From an uncultured Rhodospirillaceae bacterium (GTDB lineage: Bacteria > Pseudomonadota > Alphaproteobacteria > Micavibrionales > UBA2020): a stretch of DNA of 64,000 bases. The stretch spans positions 100,652 to 164,651 of the forward strand of contig CAYZCE010000002.1 of the NCBI GenBank assembly GCA_964476835.1, read 5' to 3'. The notes beneath the pieces are model-generated. The model was not told where the DNA came from. It worked only from the letters and a program-made list of their open reading frames with translations, and did no database searches. The translations under genes and the position numbers were made by a program. Shown piece by piece: positions 11,790 to 20,630 of the stretch (the stretch's first letter is position 1; each line of letters opens with the position of its first letter).

Positions 11790-11828
11790 AAAAAAAAGCC
11801 CGCCTCTGTGAAGAGGCGGGCTTTTTGT
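11790..11828. terminator. Bidirectional intrinsic terminator (tRNA-Met on +, DUF1566 gene on -)
   Basis: AAAAAAAAGCCCGCCTCT-GTGA-AGAGGCGGGCTTTTTG: a 10-bp stem with an A-run and a T-run. Confidence 0.85.
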
Positions 11829-11842
11829 TGGCGCGGGGGAGT

Positions 11843-12259
11843 TTAGACCAGGCGCACGAGGCGGTAGGAGACGCGGTTATTCTTGTTGAGGGCGGCGGCT
11901 TCGCCATTCCCTGCGCGGATGGAAACGCGGTCCGTATTCTCGGCGCGGATCTTGTTATGATCTTTCGTGGACGTCCCGTACCAATGGGGGAGATCGCCGG
12001 AGCCGTCCAGGCGGTTGTCCGTATCACGGATGTCCTTCAGCCCGGCGCACAGGGCGATCATGTCCTTCTCCGAAGGGATTTTCCAGTCATCGTGGCCGAA
12101 AGCCTTAAAGCTGTTCAGCTTCTTGGTTTCCTGCACGGCGCTGTTGAACGTCTGCGCCAGGGTGAGGTTCACCGGCATCGCGTAGATCTGCTTGCCGCCG
12201 GCCGTCGTGCCCGCGAAAATGGTGCCGTCCGCCATTTGCTGGCCAATCTTCTTCGTCAT
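11843..12259 (-). CDS. DUF1566-like (Lcl C-terminal domain) protein, 138 aa
   Basis: The FGHDDWKIPSEKDMIAL motif is typical of DUF1566. The gene is isolated between a terminator and an AT-rich spacer. Confidence 0.55.
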   Translation of the reverse strand: MTKKIGQQMADGTIFAGTTAGGKQIYAMPVNLTLAQTFNSAVQETKKLNSFKAFGHDDWKIPSEKDMIALCAGLKDIRDTDNRLDGSGDLPHWYGTSTKDHNKIRAENTDRVSIRAGNGEAAALNKNNRVSYRLVRLV

Positions 12260-12400
12260 GATATTGAATCCTTCCTAATAAAATGATTTTCGGGTTGTGA
12301 ATTTGTTTTTAGTATTATGGGTAATATAATCGATTCCGCGCGGATTGACAATATGAAAAATAAATTCTCATCTACCTAGATAAAATCCCTTTTATTTCAA

Positions 12401-13777
12401 TCAATTATGCCTTGTAGCGGCTAGATTCTCCGCCTCTCGCGCCTGCAGCCAGTCAATGGCGTCAGAGGTGTAGAAGAGCGCGCGGATCTGGGACATATCG
12501 GCGAAATGGCCGGGGGCGACGGCGTAACCGTCGCCGGTTTCCGCCAGCCAGCCTTTGGCGACAGCGCAGGCGAGCATGGGGCCGTAAGCGGCTTCGAGGG
12601 ATACGCCGAAACGCGCCTCGAAACGCGCGGCGCTGATGACACCGTAGTTGAGCGAGAGCAAGACCTGCTTGGCCATCAGTTCTGCGCGCGGCAGCACATA
12701 GCTGTCGCCGGCGGGCATGACTGCGCCCTCCTCGATCGCCTTCATCCACGAATTGACGCCGTGCGGCGCAAACCACCAGGTGTCGCCGACCATGCTCGAG
12801 GCGTAATTGCCCGCGCCGATATAGGGGATGTGGTCGAACAGGCGGCCTTCGAAATACGGCGACGTGCCCGTCTCGCCCGCGATGCGCGAGAAGTTCACCG
12901 AGCCATAGGCCGCATGGAATCCCGCGCGCGTCAAAAGGTCATAGGAAAGGTCGTAAAGCCGCCCGTAGGCTTCCGGCGACGGCTTATCGCGCGTGCGCTT
13001 GGTCAGCGCGCGGCCTTTGCCGCGGTAGAGGCAGTCATACGTCGTGATGCTGTCGACGCCGAGGTCGATCATCGCCTGCACACTGGTGCGCCAGTCGTCC
13101 TCGCCCTGCCCGGGCAGGCCGAAGATGATGTCGACGTTGACGCGACGGAAGCCCGCGCCGCGCATGTTGCGCACGGCCGCTTCCGTCTTGTCTTCCTGCA
13201 GGCCGCGATTGACGTCGGCGAGCGTCGTGGCGTTCACGCTCTGCACGCCCATCGACACGCGGCTGACCCCGCCATCGACCAGCGCGGCCAGGCGCGCGGG
13301 ATGCTCGGCCGCGATGCGCGGCGTCGTCTCGATGGAGAGCGGATGCGCCTGTCCTGCCCGCGCGGCGCGTTTCTTCCACGGTGCCAGCGCCGTGAGGATC
13401 TGCGCGAGGCGGTGTTCATCCAGCAGCGTCGGCGTGCCGCCGCCGATGTCGATGCCGGGCACGACCACATTTTGCGGGATCAGCGCATCGAGCCGCGCCA
13501 CTTGCGCGCACAGCAAATCGGCATAGCGGCGGTGCAGTTCAGGTGCGGTGCGCACATCGACCGCGAAGTTGCAGAAGTAGCACTTCGCCTGGCAGAACGG
13601 GACATGCAGGTAGAGCAGCATCTCGCCGCCCGCCGCGATCTCGCGCACCAGCGCTTCCGTATCCGGCGCGGCGCGGAAAAAGTCCTGGAAATACTCGCGC
13701 CGCGGCGGATATTGCAGCGTGAAATCGAGCGGGAATTCCCGCGCCAGCGCGACATGGTGTTCAGGCAATATCGTCAT
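12401..13777 (-). CDS. HemN-family radical SAM protein (oxygen-independent coproporphyrinogen-III-oxidase-like), 458 aa
   Basis: LYLHVPFCQAKCYFCNF radical-SAM CxxxCxxC motif, GGGTPT, and a HemN-type C-terminal domain. Confidence 0.8.
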   Translation of the reverse strand: MTILPEHHVALAREFPLDFTLQYPPRREYFQDFFRAAPDTEALVREIAAGGEMLLYLHVPFCQAKCYFCNFAVDVRTAPELHRRYADLLCAQVARLDALIPQNVVVPGIDIGGGTPTLLDEHRLAQILTALAPWKKRAARAGQAHPLSIETTPRIAAEHPARLAALVDGGVSRVSMGVQSVNATTLADVNRGLQEDKTEAAVRNMRGAGFRRVNVDIIFGLPGQGEDDWRTSVQAMIDLGVDSITTYDCLYRGKGRALTKRTRDKPSPEAYGRLYDLSYDLLTRAGFHAAYGSVNFSRIAGETGTSPYFEGRLFDHIPYIGAGNYASSMVGDTWWFAPHGVNSWMKAIEEGAVMPAGDSYVLPRAELMAKQVLLSLNYGVISAARFEARFGVSLEAAYGPMLACAVAKGWLAETGDGYAVAPGHFADMSQIRALFYTSDAIDWLQAREAENLAATRHN

Positions 13778-13812
13778 GAATCGAATCCATTTATACTCTT
13801 AGAGAATATAAT

Positions 13813-13833
13813 TTATGCTCAACTAGAGCATAA
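13813..13833. promoter_or_regulatory. Perfect 8-N5-8 inverted repeat TTATGCTC-AACTA-GAGCATAA, 36-56 nt upstream of the radical SAM gene
   Basis: The inverted repeat is read directly from the sequence, in an AT-rich promoter region. It is an operator candidate and the regulator is unknown. Confidence 0.4.
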
Positions 13834-13882
13834 AACAAGAAAAAGAATCCGCGCGGCACTGCCCTTTTCGCTTATACTGCGG

Positions 13883-13917
13883 CAAAAAAGAGACCCGCCG
13901 CTTACGCGACGGGTCTC
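13883..13917 (-). terminator. Orphan intrinsic terminator-like hairpin (minus orientation) inside the 278-bp AT-rich spacer
   Basis: The minus strand reads GAGACCCGTCGCGTAAGCGGCGGGTCTC followed by TTTTTT. No annotated minus-strand gene ends here. Confidence 0.45.
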
Positions 13918-14055
13918 AAGGAGATAACCACAAAGAGCATCCATCTCGCGATGAAAGCTCCATTCCATGTTGGAAAAACCGCGGAAATTTTGCAAGATAA
14001 AAAAGCAAAAAGACCAAGAAAAACAAAACGTAAGCGCAACGTAAGGTAAACGGAC

Positions 14056-14751
14056 ATGCGAATTTTACTGGTGGAAGACAACGAACGCCTCTCGGAAGCC
14101 ATCCGCGAAAGCCTCTATGCCGCGGGCTTCGAGACCGACGGCGTCGGGCGCGGCGAGGAAGCGCTGGCCGCCACGCGCGAGCAGCCCTATGACGCGATCA
14201 TCCTCGACCTCGGCCTGCCCGACATCGACGGCATGCAGGTGCTGGAAACGCTGCGCGCGCAGAAGAACGCAGTACCGGTGCTGCTGCTGACCGCGCGCGC
14301 GGCGCTGACCGACAAGATCCACGGGCTCAACAGCGGCGCCGACGACTACATGGTGAAGCCCTTCGAGGTGGACGAGCTGATCGCGCGGCTCAAGGCGCTG
14401 CTGCGCCGCCCGTCGCAGAGCACGGGCACGGAAGTGACGCTCGGCACCCTCGCCTTCGACACCGTCACGCGCGTCACGCGTATCGGCGGGCAGGCGGTCG
14501 ACCTCTCGCGCCGCGAGACGGACCTGCTGGAACAGCTGCTCTATTCCGCCGACAAGATCGTGACGAAGAAGGCGATCGAGCAGCGCATCTACAGCTACGG
14601 CGAGACCGGCTCGGCCAACTCGGTCGAGGTGCTGGTGCACCGCCTGCGCAAGAAGCTGGCCGACCACAACGCCGACATCCGCGTGCACACGCTCAAGGGC
14701 ATCGGCTACATGGCGACGACGACCGGCGGGGACGGCGATGCCGCAGAGTAA
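14056..14751 (+). CDS. OmpR-family two-component response regulator (231 aa)
   Basis: MRILLVEDN receiver domain (DAIILDLGLPDIDG, KPF) and a winged-helix C-terminus (VEVLVHRLRKKL...TLKGIGY). Confidence 0.9.
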   Translation: MRILLVEDNERLSEAIRESLYAAGFETDGVGRGEEALAATREQPYDAIILDLGLPDIDGMQVLETLRAQKNAVPVLLLTARAALTDKIHGLNSGADDYMVKPFEVDELIARLKALLRRPSQSTGTEVTLGTLAFDTVTRVTRIGGQAVDLSRRETDLLEQLLYSADKIVTKKAIEQRIYSYGETGSANSVEVLVHRLRKKLADHNADIRVHTLKGIGYMATTTGGDGDAAE

Positions 14752-16105
14752 TTCCCTCCTCTCGCGCCTGATCCTGCGCATCTCGCTGGTGGTGGCGCTG
14801 TCGATCGCGCTGCTCTCCATGCTCATCTACGCGCAGATCGACCGCACGCTGGAAACCCTGCGCGACCAGACAGTCGAGCAGCAGGCGCGCACCATCGCCG
14901 AGCGCCTGGAGCCGGGCGGCGATAACCGCGTCTTTCTCAACCTGCCCAAGGCGCTGCGCCAGTTCTACGCGCGCGCGGGCAACACGTACCAATACCTCGT
15001 GCGCGACGAATTCGGCAGCCGCATCTTCACCTCGCCGATCTCCTTCGGCGGCGCCTTCCCGCGCCCCAATGCGAAAACGGACGAGGCCGCCTTCGACTTC
15101 ACCGGCCCCAACGGGCGGCGCTTTTCCGGCTACACGATGAAGACCGAGGTCGGCGGCCACACGGTCTACGTGCAGGTCGCGCAGACGCTGGCGGGCGCGG
15201 ACATCTTCTCCGACGACATCACCGACGTCTTCCTCAGCCGCCTGATCTGGATCGGCATCCCGTTCTACGCGCTGCTGCTGCTGGTCATCACCTGGACGCT
15301 CCGGCGCGGCTTGCGCCCGCTGCAGAAGGCCGCGGACGAGGTGAGCCGCATCGACGCCACGCGCCTCGACGTGCGCATCGGCGAGGAGGACGTGCCGGCC
15401 GAGGTGGTGCCGCTGGTGCGCTCGATCAACTATTCCTTCGCGCGCCTCGAGCAGTCCATCGCCGAGCAACAGGAGATGACCGAGAACATCGCGCACGAGC
15501 TGCGCACGCCCCTCACCATCCTCAAGACGCGCATCGATACGCTGGCGCGCACCGAGCAGACGGTCAAGCTGTCGCACGACGTGGATTCGCTGATCCGCCT
15601 CGTCAACCAGATGCTCGACATGACGCGCCTCGAATACGCCGATACATTGACGAAGAAGAGCGTCGACCTCGCCGAAGTGCTGTCGCAGGCCTGCCAGGAC
15701 TTCTTCCCGCTGTTCATCCGCGCGGGGCGCGAACTGCGCGTGGCCGGCGTCGAGCGTCCGGTCATGGTGCGCGGCGACAAGGACCTGATCTACCGCGCCA
15801 TTTGCAACCTGCTCGACAACGCGCTGGCGCACAGCCCCGCGAAGACGCCGGTCGACGCGACGCTCGAAGGCGTCACCGTCCGCATCACCGACTACGGCGA
15901 GAAGATCCCCGCCGCGCGGCGCAGCGCGATCTTCGAGCGTTTCCAGCGCGGCGGCACGCAGACGGCGCGCAAGGCCGGCATGGGCGTCGGCATCGGGCTT
16001 TCCATCGTCACCAAGACGATGGAGGCGCACGGCGGCCACGCCGACCTTATTTCCAGCGCCAGCGGCGGCAATACGTTCCGCATGGTTTTTCCGCGCGCGT
16101 CGTAA
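14738..16105 (+). CDS. Sensor histidine kinase (455 aa; two TM segments, HAMP, HisKA, HATPase_c)
   Basis: H-box NIAHELRTPLT, N-box LDNALAHSP, G-boxes GMGVGIGLSIV. It overlaps the regulator gene by 14 nt. Confidence 0.85.
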   Translation: MPQSNSLLSRLILRISLVVALSIALLSMLIYAQIDRTLETLRDQTVEQQARTIAERLEPGGDNRVFLNLPKALRQFYARAGNTYQYLVRDEFGSRIFTSPISFGGAFPRPNAKTDEAAFDFTGPNGRRFSGYTMKTEVGGHTVYVQVAQTLAGADIFSDDITDVFLSRLIWIGIPFYALLLLVITWTLRRGLRPLQKAADEVSRIDATRLDVRIGEEDVPAEVVPLVRSINYSFARLEQSIAEQQEMTENIAHELRTPLTILKTRIDTLARTEQTVKLSHDVDSLIRLVNQMLDMTRLEYADTLTKKSVDLAEVLSQACQDFFPLFIRAGRELRVAGVERPVMVRGDKDLIYRAICNLLDNALAHSPAKTPVDATLEGVTVRITDYGEKIPAARRSAIFERFQRGGTQTARKAGMGVGIGLSIVTKTMEAHGGHADLISSASGGNTFRMVFPRAS

Positions 16106-16249
16106 GCCGTTCGTAAGACAAATAGTGTAAGATGAGCCCTGCCGCCGTTCCCGCACTTCGCCCGGGGATAATGGCCCGCTTTCGACGCATGCGTCGCGCG
16201 GGCGCTCTTTAAAAATAATATACACCCTGAAAAAACCGAGGAGTCGCTT

Positions 16250-17530
16250 ATGGCCCAATCCGTGCTGTTTTCCATTTTCCGTTTTCCCCGCCTGCGGCGC
16301 GCAATCTCGGGGCTCCGCCGCATTTTCGGCCACAGCGAGGCGCCGGGCGACGTCGTCGACAAGATCCGCGCACAACTGGCCTTCCGCCCGAGCGTGCCGC
16401 TGACGCTCGGCATCGAATGCGAATTCGGCCTCGTCATGCCGGGCAGCGGCGATCCGGCGCCGGTCGCGCTCGACATCGTGCGCGCCATCGGCCATCCCGC
16501 CGTGCAGCACGAGCTGTACCGCCACATGATCGAGATCACCACGGACGTCTGCAGCTCGGTGCAGCAGGCGGAGAAGGACCTGAAAGAGCGCCTCGGCCTC
16601 ATCCGCGCGCAGCTGGAAGGGCGCGGTATCGCGATCATGGGCGCGGGCAACCTGCCCGCGCTGACGCCCGAACAGGTCGAGCCGGTCGAGACCGCGCGCT
16701 ACCAGTCGCTGCGCGACCGGCGCGGCGCGCTATACGACCGCTTCACGACGTTGGGCATGCACATCCACATCGGCATGCCGGATGCTGCGGCCTGCGTGCG
16801 CTTCCACAATTTCTACATGCACCTGCTGCCGCACCTGATGGCGCTGGCGGCCAGTTCGCCTTTCGAATACGGGCGCGACACCGGCTTCGCCAGCATCCGC
16901 CCCACCGTCACGGAATCCGCGCCGATCGCCGGCCTGCCCTACCACTTCAACGACTGGCGGGGATACGAGAACCTCTGCCTCGCCATGGCGCGCGCCGGCT
17001 CGATCAGCGACCTCAAGGACCTGTGGTGGGACCTGCGCCCCTGCCCGCGCTACGGCACGCTCGAGATCCGCGTTTGCGACCAGCCGCCGACCATCGCCGA
17101 AGCCGCCGCCATCGGCGCTTTCGTGCATTGCCTCGGCCACTGGTTCGCCGAGCATCAGGGCTGGCTCGACGAGATGCCGCGCCCCAACACCTGGATCATG
17201 CGCGAGAACAAGTGGCGCGCCATGCGCTACGGGCTCGACGCCGAGATCATCGTCAACGCCCACGGCGACCGCGTGCCGATCCGCGAAGACATCCTGCGCT
17301 GGATCGAGCGCCTGCAGCCTTTCTACCGGAAATTCGGCTACCGCCCGTATCAGGCGACGCTGGCCGGCATCGTCGAGAAGGGCAACAGCGCGTCGCGCCA
17401 GCGCCGCGTGTGGCAGGCGACCGGGTCGCTCGGCGCCGTCTACGACCACTGCATCGAGGAACTGGCCGCCGGCACGCCCCTGTGGGACCGCGTCGACGCG
17501 CTGGAGAAGAAAGAAGGAGAACGCGCATGA
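16250..17530 (+). CDS. GCS2-family carboxylate-amine ligase (YbdK / glutamate-cysteine-ligase-2 type), 426 aa
   Basis: LTLGIECEFGLV, GMHIHIGMPD and the LEIRVCD motif are typical of the GCS2 family. GAGGAG SD before ATG 16250. Confidence 0.8.
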   Translation: MAQSVLFSIFRFPRLRRAISGLRRIFGHSEAPGDVVDKIRAQLAFRPSVPLTLGIECEFGLVMPGSGDPAPVALDIVRAIGHPAVQHELYRHMIEITTDVCSSVQQAEKDLKERLGLIRAQLEGRGIAIMGAGNLPALTPEQVEPVETARYQSLRDRRGALYDRFTTLGMHIHIGMPDAAACVRFHNFYMHLLPHLMALAASSPFEYGRDTGFASIRPTVTESAPIAGLPYHFNDWRGYENLCLAMARAGSISDLKDLWWDLRPCPRYGTLEIRVCDQPPTIAEAAAIGAFVHCLGHWFAEHQGWLDEMPRPNTWIMRENKWRAMRYGLDAEIIVNAHGDRVPIREDILRWIERLQPFYRKFGYRPYQATLAGIVEKGNSASRQRRVWQATGSLGAVYDHCIEELAAGTPLWDRVDALEKKEGERA

Positions 17531-18477
17531 CCCGGAAAAAGCGCATCGGCCTCGTCCTGCCGCATCGCGACCCCGCCCGCAACACGGTCGAGGGTAACGG
17601 AATCCTGCCCAATGCCGTGCGCGCGGCGCTGGTGGAGGGGCTGCGGGAAGACGCCGAGATCGTGGAATGCGACCTCTCCCGCGCGACCGTCCGCAACGGG
17701 CGCGTCTATGCGGACGGCACCTGCCTCTCCGACCTCGACCTCGTGCACTGGTACTTCATCACGCACCAGCCGGACAGCTGGCACATGACCGTCCTCGCGA
17801 CGCTCGCGCAGGCGACGCGCGTGGTGCCGGACCCGGCGGGCACGCTGCTCGGTCTCGACAAGTTCCACGCGCATACCGCGCTGCGCCTCGCCGGATTGCC
17901 GACCGCGGATTTCGCGTTGTTTCCCGCCGACGCGGTGCATGACGCGGCCGAAGAGCTGTTCAAGGATGGCGGTCCGGTGCTGCTGAAACCGCGCCTCGGC
18001 GGCTTCGGCCATGGCATCCACATGGTGAAAAGCGCGCGCGAACTGGTGGACGCCGTCGAATACACGCGCTATTTCTCGCCCACGATGCCGCAGATCTTCT
18101 GCGAGGTCTTCGCCCCCAACGACATCGCGCGCTGGATCAGCACGACGGTGATCGGCGGCGAGCTGGTCTACGGCTACCGCAAGAAGCCGGAAAAATTCGT
18201 CGACAACTGGAAAGTCTACGACGCCGACAAGATCGGCGGCGGCGTCGATTACGCCGATCCCGCCCCGGTGCGAGAGGCTGCGCTGGCCGCCGCGCGCGCA
18301 TTGGGCTGCGACATCATCGGCTTCGACTTCATTTACGCGGAGAAGGAAGGCCGCTACCTGATCGTCGACGAGAACACCTTTCCCGGCATGTATCCCACCT
18401 GCTTCGCCGCCGCGGGCGGCACATGGGAAGGGCACTTCCTGCGCATGATCCGCGCCGCGCTGCGCGGCAGCGGTTGA
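17527..18477 (+). CDS. RimK-like ATP-grasp ligase (316 aa)
   Basis: VLLKPRLGGFGHGIHMV and IIGFDFIYAEKEGRYLIVDENTFPGM ATP-grasp motifs. The ATG overlaps the GCS2 stop (ATGA). The 686-aa ORF-track entry is an out-of-frame upstream extension. Confidence 0.8.
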   Translation: MTRKKRIGLVLPHRDPARNTVEGNGILPNAVRAALVEGLREDAEIVECDLSRATVRNGRVYADGTCLSDLDLVHWYFITHQPDSWHMTVLATLAQATRVVPDPAGTLLGLDKFHAHTALRLAGLPTADFALFPADAVHDAAEELFKDGGPVLLKPRLGGFGHGIHMVKSARELVDAVEYTRYFSPTMPQIFCEVFAPNDIARWISTTVIGGELVYGYRKKPEKFVDNWKVYDADKIGGGVDYADPAPVREAALAAARALGCDIIGFDFIYAEKEGRYLIVDENTFPGMYPTCFAAAGGTWEGHFLRMIRAALRGSG

Positions 18478-18544
18478 AGCGGGCCTTCCCTCCGCGCGCG
18501 GAGCCTGCTAACATGGCTGCAGGCTACAACCGGGAGGGACGCGC

Positions 18545-19009
18545 ATGATCATCGACCGCAAACGCCGCAGGCTGATCGACGGGGTCGCATTGCTGGCACT
18601 GGCCGCCGTGTTCCTCTGGTTCCCCACCGCATTGAAAAAGCCGCGCGAGGCCTATCACCAGGTCTTGGTCGCGACCGCGCAGATGACCGAGAAGGACCCC
18701 TTCCGCGGCGCGCAGATATTGGTGCTCAAGCATAACAGCTATGGCGCGATGGGCGTGGTGATCAACCGCGCGCACGACGGCGGGCCGATCAAGAAAAAGA
18801 AGGATGTCACCTTCTACGACATCGCCAAGGCGCCGGCCGGCGCGGTGCCGATGCCGGAGCTGGGCATCGCCTACAAGATCGACGCGGACGACAAGACGGG
18901 CATCGTCTACCGCGGCCGCGCCGAATGGGCGCCCGGGCAGCTCGACCGCGAGTTGGCGAACGGCGCGTGGACGATCATCCCCGCCGACAAGACGATGGTG
19001 TTGAAGTAA
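18545..19009 (+). CDS. YqgE/AlgH (UPF0301)-like protein with an N-terminal TM anchor (154 aa)
   Basis: GAQILVLKHNSYGAMGVVINRA and YRGRAEWAPGQLDRELANGAW resemble the AlgH family. There is an N-terminal hydrophobic helix. Confidence 0.55.
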   Translation: MIIDRKRRRLIDGVALLALAAVFLWFPTALKKPREAYHQVLVATAQMTEKDPFRGAQILVLKHNSYGAMGVVINRAHDGGPIKKKKDVTFYDIAKAPAGAVPMPELGIAYKIDADDKTGIVYRGRAEWAPGQLDRELANGAWTIIPADKTMVLK

Positions 19010-19015
19010 GACACC

Positions 19016-20131
19016 TTACGGCTTCGGTCCCTGGATCGTGCCGACCTTGAAGAGCAGCTTCACCTGCGCCTTGGCGTATTCATCCTTCATGCGGTCGACA
19101 AGGTCATGCACGCTCGGCGTGTCATGGATGCTGCCGACGCCCTGGCCGGCCGACCAGACCTTGTTCCAGCTGGCGGCTTCCTTCTCGACGGCCTTGCCGA
19201 TGAGCTTCGACTTCAGCTTGGCGGCTGCCTTCTTGAAATGCTTGCTGAGCAGCTTCTGGCCGGTTTGGTTGACAGCGGCGACGATCTTGCTCCACGTGCT
19301 CGGCTTGCCCGGCGACATCTTGCCGGTGTTGGGGCCCGCCTTGCGCAGGTCCTCGATGTTGTAGCCCGCTTCGGCGAGGCTCTTGTCGATGAAGTTCGCC
19401 GGTACGCCGCTGATCACGGAGGTGTAGACGAGGTCGGCGGCTGCGGCGTCGACGATCATCTTCTTGTGTTCGGGGTTGGCGCCCGCTTCGACGGTGCTGA
19501 TAAAGCGCGTACCCATGTAGGCGAAATCGGCGCCCATCGCTTGCGCGGCAAGGATGTCGCCGCCCGAAGTCATCGCGCCGGAAAGGATGAGGAGGCCGTC
19601 GTAGAACGAGCGGATCTCGTCGATCAGCGCGATCGGGTTCATGGTGCCCGCGTGGCCGCCGGCGCCCGCTGCGACCGCGATGATGCCGTCGACGCCCGCC
19701 GCGATCGCCTTCTTGGCGTGTTCGGCATTGGTGACGTCGTGCAGCACGATGCCGCCGTAGGAATGGATCGCGTCGATGACGTCCTGCTTGAGGCCGAGCG
19801 AGGTGATGACGACCGGCACCTTGTGCTTGACGAAGAGCGCGACGTCGGCCGGGCAGCGCGGGTGCTGCAGGATCAGGTTGACCGCATAGGGCGCGATGGT
19901 CTTGCCCGGGTTTTGCGCGCGTAAGTCGTCGACGCCTTTGTTCATCTCGACCAGCCACTTTTCAAGTTCTTCCGAAGTGCGCTGGTTGAGCGCGGGGAAG
20001 CTGCCGACGACGCCTTCCGCGCACGCGGCCAGCGCCAGCGTCGGGTTCGAGACAAGGAACATCGGCGCCATGATGAGAGGCAGGTCGGTCTTCGATTTCA
20101 GGGTCTGGGCGGGAGTCGACATGGGTTTCAT
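19016..20131 (-). CDS. Nitronate monooxygenase / NAD(P)H-dependent flavin oxidoreductase (371 aa)
   Basis: NMO (2-nitropropane dioxygenase) pattern: PLIMAPMFLVS, GAGGHAG, GADFAYMGTRF. Confidence 0.8.
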   Translation of the reverse strand: MKPMSTPAQTLKSKTDLPLIMAPMFLVSNPTLALAACAEGVVGSFPALNQRTSEELEKWLVEMNKGVDDLRAQNPGKTIAPYAVNLILQHPRCPADVALFVKHKVPVVITSLGLKQDVIDAIHSYGGIVLHDVTNAEHAKKAIAAGVDGIIAVAAGAGGHAGTMNPIALIDEIRSFYDGLLILSGAMTSGGDILAAQAMGADFAYMGTRFISTVEAGANPEHKKMIVDAAAADLVYTSVISGVPANFIDKSLAEAGYNIEDLRKAGPNTGKMSPGKPSTWSKIVAAVNQTGQKLLSKHFKKAAAKLKSKLIGKAVEKEAASWNKVWSAGQGVGSIHDTPSVHDLVDRMKDEYAKAQVKLLFKVGTIQGPKP

Positions 20132-20144
20132 TCCTTCTGTCTGT

Positions 20145-20573
20145 TTAAAGGGCTTTGCGCATTTTGACGTGCGGGATGGAGAGGGAGTCGTAGATACCGC
20201 CTTCGGCCGCGTAACCGAGCTTCTCGTAGAAGCCGGCGGCCGCGAGGCGTGCGCTCATTTCGATGGACTGTGCACCGAGGCCGCGCGCGTGGGCTTCGGC
20301 ATAAGAAACCAGACCGCGCCCGAGGCCGCGTTGCTGCTGTTCCGTATCGACGCACATCTGGCGCAGCTTGAGGGTTTGCGCAGGACACGGCTCGAGCATC
20401 AGGGAGGCGACGGGAGATCCGTCCTTGAATGCCGCGAAGATCAGCACGCCGGGCTGGAGGGTGCGGTCCTCGGCCGTCAGCGTCAGGCCGAGCGGACGAC
20501 GCAAGACGCGCTCACGCAGGTCATCGACCTGCGCGTGCTGAGGGCTGCCATGCTGAACAATCGTATATTCCAT
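20145..20573 (-). CDS. GNAT-family N-acetyltransferase (142 aa)
   Basis: Motif A QQQRGLGRGLV and the FYEKLGY tail. Confidence 0.8.
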   Translation of the reverse strand: MEYTIVQHGSPQHAQVDDLRERVLRRPLGLTLTAEDRTLQPGVLIFAAFKDGSPVASLMLEPCPAQTLKLRQMCVDTEQQQRGLGRGLVSYAEAHARGLGAQSIEMSARLAAAGFYEKLGYAAEGGIYDSLSIPHVKMRKAL

Positions 20574-20630
20574 TGCCGCTTAATTTATATGGTAAAAAGA
20601 GAAAAGGCAAGCTCGAAAAACCGTTTTATA

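Noticed and set aside
11653-13777. I considered a genomic islet integrated at tRNA-Met, comprising the DUF1566 gene and the radical SAM gene flanked by AT-rich spacers.
   Set aside because: There is no integrase or recombinase. I found no direct repeat of the tRNA 3' end downstream. The genes' composition does not look clearly foreign by eye.
16132-16212. A 26-codon basic ORF (MSPAAVPALRPGIMARFRRMRRAGAL) lies between the histidine kinase and the GCS2 ligase. I considered it as a possible precursor peptide for the ATP-grasp enzyme.
   Set aside because: It has no Shine-Dalgarno sequence, its composition is typical of a random GC-rich frame, and it lies where the GCS2 promoter is expected. Only Ribo-seq or conservation could rescue it.
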